A stretch of DNA of 64,000 nt. Source: Octopus sinensis. Lineage: Eukaryota. Location: contig NC_043015.1 in assembly GCF_006345805.1 (NCBI RefSeq), forward strand, positions 37,014,001 to 37,078,000. Reading direction: 5' to 3'. The notes below the pieces were generated by a model, which was not told the origin of the DNA, searched no databases, and saw only the letters and a program-made list of their open reading frames with translations. This document shows positions 13,501 to 26,799 of this stretch, one piece after another. A program made the position numbers and the translations under genes. How positions within the stretch are numbered: position 1 is the stretch's first letter; every line of letters begins with the position of its first letter.

Positions 13501-13960
13501 TTTTCCCGCTAATCTGTCCAGCTATCTTTCTCTATATTTACATATCTGTGTATTTATCAGTTTCGCTACACTCCTATTCCCTCTAACTATTGCTGCATCC
13601 ATCAAACTATATTCACACAGTTTTACCGTTGTAACATACCATCTATATGCCTTTCATCTGTGTAATCTGACTCTCCTAACTCTACTATAACCATGTTTGA
13701 TCTTCAGATCTTACAACGGCCGATTCTTGCTGGTCGTGTTGTTATTGTTGTAATTTATTACCAAGTAATGCAATACTGAAGTCATTAATCTCCTGATTCA
13801 GAGGAGAAAGCGTTACGTTGTTCAGGCGAAATGGCCGACAGCGAACCGCCTTTGTCTAACAACGCATCTGTTGTGTGTGCGTGTACAAGAGAGAGAGAGA
13901 GAGGATAGCAGAGAAAGTATGTGTTTGCGTGTGTGTGTGTATGTGTGTGTGTGTGTGTGT

Positions 13961-14012
<52 letters not shown>

Positions 14013-15286
14013 GTGCACGTATGTCTTTCGTGACTGGCTGGCATCGTAGCTTAGCAGTGATTCAGGGCAGAAATACATTCGTCTAAATTACCTTCATTCT
14101 ACACTAATCTATGATGATTATGGTAAGAAATCTTCACAAGGTTGAATTCAAATGGCGAAAGGGACAAATGCACAAAACCTCTTTGTGCGACCACTCTAAA
14201 GGTAAGAAAATGTTGTAGGCTGCTTCTATGCAGTTTATAATGGGATCCTGTCGTTGTTGTTGTTGTTGCTGTTTAACAACAGGCCACGTCAAATGCGATC
14301 GAACCACTCGATGAACTAAAGTGTTCCTGCGATATGAATAACATCCAATTTTAAGGATTCGTTACTATTTATTGCTTATGGATGGGTTTCTCCAAATCTT
14401 TCCTCTTACAAAATCCACTCACAAATATGCGAACGGCCCGCGCATGTAACACAAGGCATTCGACCAAGGGGCCATACGGTAAGAACTGATGCCGAAGCTA
14501 CGAAGCTAAGAAGCAAACTTTCTTTCAGACACTGAGAAATAATTTGAAGGGGATTTAATGATCCTTATTACTGCTAGATCAACGGTGCAGAGAATAGAAC
14601 GAAGATTTTGCTTCATACACTGTTGAGTTTATTTAGTCCTAAGACAGTTAATACGAGAGTAGCGTGTAATCAACGGCGTTCCAATCGTGACCTTCCAGTC
14701 ATATTTTATCATAAGAAATATTACTTTAGAATGTTACATTAGCCAACATATATTTCCTTTGTTTACACATTAAGATATAATTTCAAATAAATGTGTCGTC
14801 TGTCTCCGTCAAATGTTCCCTTCGAGTTTTTAAGACTAATAAACGAATATTTCACTGGTATTTCATGCAGGCTGAGCTGCCACTTAGAGACTCCGTCGTT
14901 CACATGACGTGAAGATGTGTTTATTTTACCGATAAATTTATAATGTATGTGTTATTGAACATCGATTTATAAAGGATGTTCTCTCGCCAATTGATCAATA
15001 AAATATATGGCATCATCGATATGTGTATAATGTGTATGAATGCGTCTTTTAGTGTATGTAAGTATGTATACGTGGGTATATACATATATATACATACATA
15101 TATACATACATGTAGACATGCATATATATATGTATGTGTGCATGCGTATATGCATATATATGCATGCGCACGTACATACATAGACACACATATCCGTGTA
15201 TATATAATCGTTTATATAGTCGGTTGATAATCAATAAGTCAAAAACAGCCATTCATATATTTCTCAACAAAGTGTGTATGTTACAA

Positions 15287-15360
<74 letters not shown>

Positions 15361-17789
15361 GTATACTTATTTTTGTATGTATGTATGTATGTATGAATGT
15401 ACAATTTAATCGAAGCAGAAATGAAAGTTTTTCAAATTTGGCATTGATGAGATTCGATCTTAGATTGGGTATTTGAGAGTGAAAAGAATAAAATAAGCTG
15501 ATATAATATACTACAGTTGCTCCCTTATGTTTTCCATCAATACACATATCAGTTATGCATTGTGAATTATAATTTTCTTTCCTTTTAATGAAAGATTCGG
15601 GCCTCTATTTAATAAAAACCTCTTTGACTACATAGATCCTAAAGAAAAAAAATATGTTGTCGAAAATTTCCTTTAATAAATTCTTCGTAGCCATTGGCAA
15701 TGATACAACGCGTGAAAAACTTTCGAAAAGTTCGCAAGATGGAATAAATAATTAATAACTGTCCAATGATAATCGTTTAATTCCGAAACGGATGTTGGAT
15801 GACTATTATGAGTCACATGTCACGTCTTTGTAATTTGACTTCATTCTTTTCACTAATATACATTCGGAAGCATGTGAATGGCTGTTATTATAAATTTGGC
15901 AAAATTATACGTCTGTAATTATTCATAAAAGGCTTGTTTCGGAGCCGTTAAAGATCACGAACAGGCACCTCTTGTGAACTATTTATCCTTGTTAAAATGA
16001 CCCTTCTTTCCCAAATCTCGATACCAAGTAGCATCAATTGCCAAGTGATGAAGTAAAGTAATGATAACCTTTCACCTCTTTGGGTGAGAGTTTATAGAGG
16101 ATCTCTATTCTTTACCTACATTTTCATATTACTACATCTTACCGACAAACAGGCATCCATTTTAAGCTGTAATCATAATGCAGTAAATATCGAGCTTCTA
16201 GTTTATAGATATTTGATTCAAGAATTACAATATGGCAGTCATTTTCAACTGGAATTTGCCGGAAGTTAATAATTTACAGCCAGGCACAGATTCATACTTT
16301 AATATGAACGAGTGGATAATTTCAGAGCTAAGGTCAACAATTTGATAATATACTTGGCGAGATTCCCACCCTAATTCTCTTCGCATATTGTTGACATTCG
16401 GTCTCTTAAAATGATGCTTATATGGCAGTTTTATATCTCTATGTTGATCAATCATTCTACACCTACTTCACATAATTCTGTGCTAGGATCTAACATACAA
16501 CACCTAAGATAACGAATGAGAGATTCACAATTCGGAAGCCATAAAGCTGTCATAAGTAAAGATATATTATATTCTCTTGAAGAGAAATACATTAAATTTA
16601 CTTCATACTCATGACAAATCATTCACTCTGTTGCTTGTTATAAGTACCATTCAATATCTTGTATCGATGCAAGGTAGCGGGATCTGACGTATAGTTCGCA
16701 GTAGATTTCTCAAAGGTCGCGATAGCAACAGCTTTTGGTTTCGAAATATTAATTACAATGCTAAAATATTCATGAATATTTTATACAATAACCGTTCAGT
16801 CAAATGCTTACAGCACAGCATTTACTGCGAAGCAAATATCCATTACGACATATTTTTGAAACATTTTTAAAGTTTTGTTTTCCATATTTAAGGTGGAAGT
16901 CCTTTAAGATATTTGGAGGGAGTTAATTGAGATGTGCAGATGTAGAGTTTACGGGCGAAATCACTCCTGAGAATATTGCTTTTGATTTAAGTACAAGAGA
17001 GTGTTTCTTATTACCATTGATCCCCATGCTTGTTGGTTCTTTATTTTATAGTCCCTGGAAATGAAGAAATGCAAAGCTGACCCCGGCGGGCTTAGAACTC
17101 AAAACATAAAGCGCTAGAATAAATATCAACCAATTTAAACATTCTTCCAAAACACTGCTTTTCACATTTTAGAATATGATTTCTCTGAAAATTATGAGAG
17201 AGGGTCTGGTTGATATGAGAATAGCAAATGTATAAATCCATTCTAATTTTGATGTTGACTGACGCCGAACACGTTTGCAAGTTCATTGTACAGAGAGGGG
17301 TCAAGATGAAGATAGAGACCCGGTGACAATGGAAACAAGGCGACTCCAATTTCCATAGAATCATTCTTCTCTACTTGCTATACGTTACACGAAAAACCTT
17401 CTCTTTGCTAAAAGGATCATCTCTACTTCATTGCAGCTTTGGATGTCGTATAATTATTCTATGTAAAAGAAGAAAATGTTCGATAATTATGAAGTAATGA
17501 GCCACAAGAGTCACGGACATGTTAGTAGTTACGTCATATTGCAGAACATTATTGATTTGCAGAGACTCAGAATATTCCGCCTGAGGAAATATTTCAAGTT
17601 TTATATGGAATCGTCTGGCACGAATTATTAATAATATCATTTGAAAACGCTTATGAATATCTCAGTTTCGATAATGTTTCTTCGACAATATTAAATATAT
17701 TCCAAAATATATCGTTGATGTTAATTTCTCATTTAAGGGTGTTTGATGAATCGAGTCCTAAGCATATCGTACAAAGAGCATTGCTGTAT

Positions 17790-19640
17790 TTAGTTAGGAG
17801 TGAGGAAAGGGGATTAGGAAATGAGTGTTAAAGACCCCTAACACAACTATGGAACGTGACGTGCTAGAAAACTCCTCTAGGTCTCGGTAATATTCAGTCT
17901 GACGTAAATTGGGTGCGAACACCGTCACCAGCCTGATTTCCATACACAACTGAACGTCAGATCTAAGACGACCAGCCTACCTTCTGGGTCAGAAAAAATT
18001 AACTTTTTCTCTGAAACTCGATTTCATTTAAGTAGGACTAACACGCCACTTCGCCCCCCCCCCCCCCGCCGGCATGGAGAAAGAAATTTCTCGTAGCCAT
18101 GCAGGAGCTGGAGTAGATCTCTTGGCCCCTTCAACTGAGTTTCAGTAGCAACAACAACATCTAAATTTGTGACCTGATGTAGTTTTGGAAGCGCCCGTGT
18201 TTCCAGTCTGACATCAGGCCACGCACATTTATGCAACCTACGTGAACAGCCAAAAATGTTTTACCTCAGTCATTCGCTATCTAAAGGCGGGAGAGAACCC
18301 GCCTCCTCTTTCTTCCGGACTCGTGGAGTCGGCTGGATGAGGCTTACATATAAATTGTCTGATATGTCTAGACGTAAAGGGCCAACAACCTTCCTGAGTT
18401 CATTATAAACTTCATTGAAATATTTTTGGGCAATTTTGTTCACTTCACAGTCTTTGATAATTTCTTCTCTTTCTACTTTCTGTAATTTTTTTTATCTCAA
18501 TTTTTCTCATTTAATCTCTATTTGTAGTCCTTACTGCCACATAATAACTTTCTTTCCTCTCCGGTACCTTGGCTTTTTTGAAGTTCCTCGGCTCATCCTT
18601 TTTCTCTTTTACAGGGGGGGGGGATTTTTGTGTTTCCTTTTGTGGCTGTCACCCCACCCCTGCTTACTCATCTGGTACCGGAGTTGTTGAAACGTTTGAT
18701 GTTGTTGCAGGTTCACTCGTGAGTTTTTCTTCTGCTGGTTTGCAGTTCTTTTTGAGGTGGCCTTTTTCGCCACACTGAAAACAGCATGGCTGGCGACCTT
18801 CTACCATTACAGGCAGACGGTTCTCGCCAACCTCTATGATCTCCGTTATTTCTTCCAGTGCAGCTGGCTCAGCCTATAGGGTAATTTTTACCCTTTGGCC
18901 GACCTAGTTTCGTGGCTCCTCCACGACACCGTCGACAATTTCGGTTTACTTGCCAGACCCATCGTTACTGCCGCGACGAAACACTCGGGTTCCACTTCAG
19001 GTGGTATGTTAGCATTTGTTATTCTGGAGGGTCTTCTACCAATATAAATAGGTAGAAGCACCACTTCTTCCGTTCTAATCGGCTCTACCGAGTGAAGTTT
19101 TGCTTCTTTTTCTGACCCGAATCTGACCTCTACTGTTGCGACTTTCTTTCCACGAGTTAAATATTTGATTTTTACCCAATAGGCGCTCAAGAAACTTCTC
19201 AATTTTCTTCTCGTCGACAAAATCAATTATTACTCCTTTGTTTTGTTTTATTATATATTAGCGTTCTTTTTTCAACGCTTTCCTTTGATTTGTTGTGGAG
19301 TCTTCACTTTGGTTTCGATTCCCTCTTTCGTCAAAAACTTTTTCGCCTCCTCCAAATTACTCATGTCTATTTTTTTTCTTTTGCGCCAGCCGGTGCTGCA
19401 AAATTCAATTGTCCATTTGGCTTTCCAGCCTCCAGGCTTGGCACTGCTATATTTCTTTTTGTAGTTGCTAACATTTTCTTTTTTTCTGTTATGTTCTCTT
19501 CCTCCTCAGAGTCTGAATCCAATCTCAATTCGCATATCCGTTCCATTTCCTCTTCGTCTCTCTCAGGGCTAGCCATCCTTGGCCTCTCAGGGCTAGCCAT
19601 TATTAGGCTTACCGTTACTGCTTTTCAACAGTAGTCCAAT
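17790..19640 (-). mobile_element. Decayed Tx1/L1-like LINE: ORF1 with CCHC zinc knuckle followed by APE endonuclease N-terminus
   Basis: Minus strand near 18740-18840 reads LPVMVEGRQPCCFQCGEKGHLKKNC (CX2CX4HX4C). Upstream is YLTRGKKVATVEVRF. Downstream, frameshifted APE motifs CINVRGL, LDVVVATET, GVLVLLK, DPEGRLVVLD and IVVLGVFN (GDFN-like) appear in order. Multiple stops and frameshifts. Confidence 0.85.
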
Positions 19641-20199
19641 AAAAAACAACGGCAACAACAACTTCAACAATAATAATCCAACCGTAGTTCGATAAAGTAT
19701 AATAGAATCCAACAGAGCTTTATCAAAAACACAGCATGATTTCTTATTAACCACAAGGGGCTATACACAGAATGGGACAACACAAAACATTGGGGACACA
19801 AAACACCAAAAAAAACCATAAGCGCATGATAAAGATGAAAAGGGGTGAAATGAGTAATGACAGCGATGTTAACCGCCCCATCGGTCAACATCACTTACTT
19901 ACCCTCTTACTTAATCGAATCAAACTCTACATAGTCCTCTAATATTACCCCGTAATGTCTCTCAAGTTCCTTTTTCTTTTTCCTGTCTAATCTCCTATAT
20001 ATCAACACGTAAGCGTTCTTAAGTTCATCGTGAAGTTCCTTCAGTTGGCATTTAGGTAGTACCACCTCCATATCCTCATCCCAGTTATCTGGCAATTCCG
20101 CCTTTCCCCATCACATGTAAAAGTATATACACTCTGCTTATGTATATGTATAAGTCTATATGGATATTTGTTCATATTTTTATATATATTAAAGTATAC

Positions 20200-20340
20200 G
20201 TGTATCCTGATGAGGCCTATGGTTATACATATAAGTACCATATTTTTAAATGCCTACAACCTCAATATAATTCACAACTATAGGCAATAAAAATAAAAAT
20301 AACTACTTTTAACCGTAGGCTGAAACAGCTGTAAGGGGTG
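20200..20340 (+). ncRNA. Hammerhead ribozyme-like motif with extended stem II
   Basis: CTGATGA (20207-20213), GGCCTATGGTTA (20214-20225) pairing with TAACCGTAGGCT (20310-20321; 12 bp, 2 G-U), GAAA (20322-20325), palindromic ACAGCTGT stem III, GUA triplet. Stem I pairing is weak. Confidence 0.7.
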
Positions 20341-20739
20341 ATTTTAATGATTTCAATAATTTATATTATGATTTTTATAATTTGTATTCTTATCTTATAT
20401 GTATTGAATTATAAGATATATATGTATGCTATTAAGGTTCTCATTTTGTTAAATGAATAAATAATTCAACATTTTAATATCCGAAAGTTGATGAACAAGC
20501 TAAATTTTTTCTCCATGTTTTTTATTTGTATTATAAATTAACGGTAAAATATTTCTTTACCTTCACCCGTTTAATACAATAAATAAGTTAATTGCATTCC
20601 AATTAAAAACATTTATGTATTAAGAATGTGGGTACTTTACCAACAGTATATTGGACAAATACTAACCCTTAGTGGGTTGCACCCATAACCATTAATTTAC
20701 TATGTGGTATATATATATATATATATATATACATATATG

Positions 20740-20897
20740 ACGGGCCTCTTTCAGTTTCCGTGTACCAAATCCATTCAGAAAGCTTTTGTCGACTCGAACC
20801 TACAGTAGAAAACTCTTGCCGAAGGTGTCACGCATTTTGTCTGGACTGGAAACCATATGGTTGGGAAACAAGCGTCTTACCACACAGCCACGCCTAT
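20740..20897 (-). mobile_element. tRNA-derived SINE (family C of this window)
   Basis: Reverse complement begins ggcgtggctgtgtggtaagacgcttgtttcccaaccatatggtttccagtc and matches the + copy at 48270-48420. Confidence 0.7.
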
Positions 20898-21044
20898 ATA
20901 ACTAAACTGGGCAGGCAAAATGTAGATATTGACAAAACTTGTAACAGTCTCAACAATTCTTTAAAAGCCATGAATAAACATGACCCATAAAATTTAAACT
21001 AAGAATATGAAGCGACATAGAAGAACAATATATTTTCTGTATCA

Positions 21045-21262
21045 CGATTTCAAATTTCGAGAGAAAGCCCTCAACTCCGAGGGGAGTCGTAAATCGATTA
21101 CGTTGCCCTCAGTGCTCAACAGGTTCTCTATTGTCAACCCGAAAAGGATGAAAGGAAAAGTCGGCATCGTCGGAATTTGAACACAAAACATGAATAGGGA
21201 AAAAATGCCGCTAAGAAATTTACCCGGCGTGCCAAGCAGCGACTCTGTCAGCTCGCGGCCTT
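21045..21262 (-). mobile_element. SINE family A
   Basis: Contains cgaaaaggatgaaaggaaaagtcggcatcgtcggaatttgaac...cccggcgtgcc...ctgtcagctcgcggcc, which recurs many times in the window. Confidence 0.8.
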
Positions 21263-21298
21263 TTATAAATTGTACTGTAGTATGTCTACAACAGTATT

Positions 21299-21345
<47 letters not shown>

Positions 21346-21624
21346 GCTACTGCTGCTGCTGCTGCACTTCCCAGATTAGAAATAAAAGGAAAGCATATCC
21401 AAACTGAAGGTCTGTACCATTTAAGAAGAAGCGAGGAATAACGAATGGGGTGTGTGACCTTTTTGTAAATGCCATATAAGGAAATAAATGAAAACAGAAA
21501 TAGTAATGTAAAGAATTACTAAAATAGAATTATGTTCTCAGTTTGATATATTTCACATTTGCTATGTTTTACGGTGGGAGATAATTCATAATAATATTAT
21601 GCACAAAAATACACACACACTCGC

Positions 21625-21691
<67 letters not shown>

Positions 21692-22596
21692 ATATATATA
21701 TATGTATGTATGCATAGGAATAAAGAGAATTTTGTAACATATATATCTATGAATATTTCTCTGAAATCATGCAAAGTAAATCCATATTTATTTATTAAAT
21801 GTAAATATTTATTACATAAGTGCATTAAAACAGAAATTAGGTTTGGATATCATATACGAATATAAGTAAAATTTTGTATGTACACACACACACACACACA
21901 CACATGTATGTGTTTATGTATTTCTATATGGGTGTGTAGACGCGCGGAGAAAGAAAGAGCAAACAAAATCAGATGCCTATAAATATACACATAAATGCAC
22001 ACACACACACATACACACACACAAGCAAGCACACGCACACATATAATGTCGTATTCAGCTATATACATAGTAATTTGCAGTTTAAAGTCCAACAAGGGTA
22101 TTCGTCTACCTGACGTAAACAAACGTATGGAGGTACCTCAGGAATCCTTCCGTGTCCGTAGCGTTTATATAGAAAGTAAAAGTGACAGAAAATGAAATTT
22201 ACAAGATTCTGTTTCTTATGATGAGACTCGTGAATTCCATATATTGTCTCTCATATTATCTTTTTCTTATACATTTATACATACATACATAAACATATGT
22301 GTGTGTCTAATATATGTACACCGTCGTTGTACACGTACAAGCATGATTTGATATTTTGTACATTTTTGTGTATATCATTGATATCATTGTAAAGATAATT
22401 TTAGGATTTTGTGGGACCTTATCTGAATATTGGTATCAAATTTTAGCACAAGGCCAGCAATTTCGGCGGAGCAGTTAAATCGGTTATATCAAAACAAGTG
22501 ATATTCCGGTACTTATGACGGACGACATGCCATAAAACATTTTGTCCGGCCCGCTAACGTTTCAGCCAACTCACCTCTGTAGACCTTACCTGAATT

Positions 22597-22855
22597 TTAC
22601 CGAGCAGCAGTGATACAACAGAAGTTAGATAGCTATGCAAATACAGCTCTATATTTAAGAGATGAGGAATTATGTACATCATTTACATTATTCACATTTG
22701 ACGATATTTGTCCTCATCTTGTTTGTTGTTAATACAACGTTTCAGCTGATATACTCTCCAGCCTTCATCAGGTGTCTTCGAACCCAGGTTCGAAATTTCC
22801 CCAAGCTATATTTGCATAGCTATCTAACTTCTGTTGTATCACTGCTGCTCGGTAA
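22597..22855. repeat. 52-bp inverted repeat enclosing a hammerhead-bearing cassette
   Basis: 22597-22648 is the reverse complement of 22804-22855 with one mismatch. Confidence 0.95.
22731..22776 (-). ncRNA. Minimal type I hammerhead ribozyme motif with canonical core
   Basis: Minus strand: gacac-CTGATGA-A-GGCTG[gagagtatat]CAGCT-GAAA-CG-TT-gtatt. Stem I has 4 of 5 pairs, stem II is 5 bp, stem III is the ACGT palindrome, triplet is GUU. Same family as 2754-2799. Confidence 0.75.
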
Positions 22856-23247
22856 CAAATATAATTTAAAATATAATTTGATTTTGTATTTTGAACTATA
22901 TTTGGATTATCGTATAATATAATGAATTTTATACAAAAAATATGGATTGCTACAGAAGAATCACAAAGACAAAAATGGCAAGGATTGCTACAGAGGAATC
23001 ACCAAGAAGACATATGAATTTCAAGACTCTCATACTAAAGTATATACAGATTTCACATTTCTAAACTAACTACATGAACTATAAAGGAATGCAAGATAAT
23101 ACGACGGATTTTGAGTTTGAATATTACGGATTATTAATTTTTATTTTACATTTCAAACAAACACTATTTTACAAACACCATTTTACAATTTTACTTTAAA
23201 TTTTAAAAAAAACTATCATTCGATATATTATACAATATTCATATTGT

Positions 23248-23345
23248 ATAGCTCTGAAGAGCAGAAGGGTTGTCTATAAATGTTTATTAATATAGGATTT
23301 CATTATAGGGACAACTCTTCTGCGAAACGATCGTAAAATGCTTTA
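23248..23345 (+). ncRNA. Hammerhead ribozyme-like motif with extended stem II
   Basis: CTGAAGA (23254-23260), GCAGAAGGGTTGTC (23261-23274) pairing with GACAACTCTTCTGC (23310-23323; 14 bp, 1 G-U), GAAA (23324-23327), palindromic ACGATCGT, GUA triplet. Stem I is degenerate. Confidence 0.7.
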
Positions 23346-23369
23346 AAAATTAATTGAAAACTTTTAACC

Positions 23370-23590
23370 TATGGATTAGTGGTTAGGGTGTCAGCATCAT
23401 GATCGTAAGATCGTTGTTTCGATTCCTGAGCCGGGCGGCGCCTTGTATTCTTCAGGAAAACACTTCATTTCATGTTGCTCCAGTATACTCAGCTGGCAAA
23501 AATGAATAACGCTGCGATGGATTGGCGTCCCATCCAGCTGGGAAACACATACGCCATGGAAACCGGGAACCCGGGCCCATGAGCCTGGCT
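23370..23590 (+). mobile_element. tRNA-derived SINE (family B of this window)
   Basis: A-box-like TGGATTAGTGG and B-box-like GTTTCGATTCC. The body gctgcgatggattggcgtcccatccag..gaaaccggg..ccgggcccatgag is shared with 38131-38440. Confidence 0.85.
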
Positions 23591-24070
23591 ATATATGTGT
23601 GTGTGTGTGTGTGTGTGAGCGGTAGTACTATCAAAAATAATGTAGCAGCGACTACAGGAAAAATAATTAAATTATATATATATGTATATATATATATATA
23701 TATACAGAGAGAGAGAGAGAGAGAGAGAGAATGAGAGAGAGAGAGAGAGAAAGTACTATATGGCCACCTGATTCGCTAAAAAGAAAAGTAAAAATTACGT
23801 CTATGCCACGGAATAGTTACAAACTTAATATTGGCATTAAAAAAATTCAGTGAACAATGATACCGCCTTATCTCAGCTAGGTTATCAAAAATAATGCTGG
23901 TTAATTTGAAATCATTATTTCGAATGTAGCGCCAAATAGTCCCTACACCCAAATGACTCGATCCACCCCACCATGCCTGCAAATTCGTTTGAAGTGGTCA
24001 AATGCCACTTAAACAAACAAAATACGTGAGATTATTTATAAATAGATATGGGAGAGATAGTACTTGAGTG

Positions 24071-24112
<42 letters not shown>

Positions 24113-24632
24113 TATATATATATAATCTATTAATCTATATTTGTGTGTGTTTGCATATATAGATATACGTTAAGTGTTTCGAAAGAACGAGAAAATAATT
24201 GTCTTTTGGAGAAGTGGGTCTCGAAGCACATAAAACTATAAATATTTTCATGATTCACATCTTGTTATTTATAGATTTATGCGCTTGAAGATCCACTTAT
24301 CGATACACATATATATATATAATCTAGAATTAATCTTGTGGAAAAGTACGCATAAAAAAGCTAAAAAATATATAATGCAATGCCACTTGTAACACGATGA
24401 AGAATGTTGGAAACCAGCGGCGTTCTCATTATTTTTTTAATGTGTCACATACAATTACCGACTCACTTGCATAATAAAAACGCAATTCGAAAAGTAACTT
24501 AAAGAAATAATTGATATGATCGACAAGATGATAACTATACTCATAAATTTTTAAAATATCACTATTATAGTGATCGTTATTAGTAACGGCTTCAGGTAAG
24601 CGCATACACACATGCATATATGCGAGTCTGTG

Positions 24633-24753
<121 letters not shown>

Positions 24754-24782
24754 ATGTATATATTAGTACTCACATACATCTG

Positions 24783-24818
<36 letters not shown>

Positions 24819-24852
24819 TATACACATACACATGCACACACACATGTATGTA

Positions 24853-24891
<39 letters not shown>

Positions 24892-25514
24892 CTGTACGTG
24901 TATGCATGTGTTTCTTCATGTGTACAGGTAAATGAACAAGTGATCAAGTTAAACGTATCAGATATCATAATCTAATACAGTATACATACAAATATACATG
25001 TACACCCATCCACATGCATATATATATATATATGGATGTAAGACAGAGTGAATGCACTTAAAAGATTTCATTTGATTTGTACAATCAGAAAAGGCAGATA
25101 GCTATCTGTGTTCGTATTTAATTGTTTGTTTTTGTTCTCAATTCATGTCCAGAGCTAATTTGTATTCTCTTCAAACGAAGATCGATAAAATAAAGTATCA
25201 GTCTTGGTCGATACAATAGACTACAGTTTTTGCCTGAGACCGTTTCTGCTTTGTGGATAATATTTTCATGTTTTTTTTTCATTATTATTCCTTTTCCAAT
25301 TCGAACTAAATACTGCTCCGTACGTCTGCGCATGAAAGGATATATTGTTTCCTGCACAGCGTATTGCTAGTCCCTCGGTCAATACAACAACATTTCCTGA
25401 GAAGGTTTCCCTGAGATGGGACTCCACTGTTATAGTCAAGCACAATTCAACGAACTTCCTGATTATGAAGCAAAAAACAAGAAATAACCGACTACAGTAC
25501 GTGGCATGTAGTGT

Positions 25515-25910
25515 ATATTTATTTCTTTATTGTCCATAGGGGGCTAAATATAGAGAGGACAAACAAGGACACGCAAAGGGATTAAGTCGATTATATCGAC
25601 CCCACTTATTTAATCGACCCCAAAAGGATGAAAGACAAAGTTGACCTCGGCGGAATTTTAACTCAGAACGTAACGGCAGACGAAATACTTATTTCTTTAC
25701 TACCCACAAGGGGCTAAACACAGAGAGGACAAACAAGGACAGACAAACGGATTAAGTCGATTATATTGACCCCTGTGCGTAACTGGTACTTACTTTATCA
25801 ACCTCGAAAGGATGAAAGGCAAAGTCGACCTCGGCGAAATTTGAACTCAGAACGTAACGGCAGACGAAATACTACTAGGCTTCTCGCCTGGCGTGCTAAC
25901 GATTCTGCGT
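25515..25910 (-). mobile_element. Two SINE family A copies in direct tandem
   Basis: The unit tatttcttta..ggggctaaa..agagaggacaaacaaggac..gattaagtcgattatat..gaacgtaacggcagacgaaatac occurs at ~25518-25686 and again from ~25688. Confidence 0.9.
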
Positions 25911-26799
25911 CATGAAAAAACAAACGTACGGAAGTTCTTACAACCTGATGACCTTTTGGCGGTAGCAACGAAGAAATTCTTCAAAATAAGCAAGAAGTAA
26001 TTGGTGTAAATTCATTTCCGCAAAGAATCGAAACTAAACTTGATTGTATTCTTCAATTTCCGTTACCTCTGCTTCTTTGAGCATTGCCTGTATTTTTGTT
26101 TCTGTTTGAAAAGTCAATAACTATCAACAGCATGTATGTATATAACATGAACAGATGTGTACAAATATACAAGATAACATTTGCAATCTAAATTGAAAAG
26201 AACTGTTCAATATTTAATCGTCTATGTAGAAATTAAAAATTTATACGATCAAGATAACATTTTTTCTAATAGTTAGGAGATATAATTGAAGTAAAACACA
26301 AAAAAGATCTAAATTAAATTCCAATTTACAACATTAAATAAAAAAATAATATTATTGATGATATAAATGATAATTAGAACATCACACTGGTGGAAATAAT
26401 GCTATTTTCTGTCACTTCATTTTCTTCACGTGCTACAGTAGTTGTTGTTCTAGTTGTTATTGTTGTTATTAATATTTCTTCTGGCTTTTTATGTCCTGAG
26501 TTCAAATTTTATCTGTGACAAAGCACCGACAGCGGAAGTAGCAGCAGCTGTAACAGCAGCAACAGCAAGAACAACAACACCAACAGAAGGACTACCGTAA
26601 CCCCCAACATCTACAAAAATATGGGCAGAAAGGACCACTCAACCCAGCTCTCCATCTCCCTTCACTCAAACACGCATTCACTTATACATACCCACATAAA
26701 CACAAACACACGCCCGCCGATATCTGGGATGTATTCTAAAGAATCTGTTTGTTTTACATTTTGAATTGATGACGAGGAAGAAACCTCCTGAAAATCACT

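Noticed and set aside
24590-24602. Strong donor-like sites (CAG|GTAAGC here; also ~14202, 43361, 46179, 52307)
   Set aside because: Expected by chance in 64 kb, no matching coding exon upstream, and 43361 lies within a repeat.
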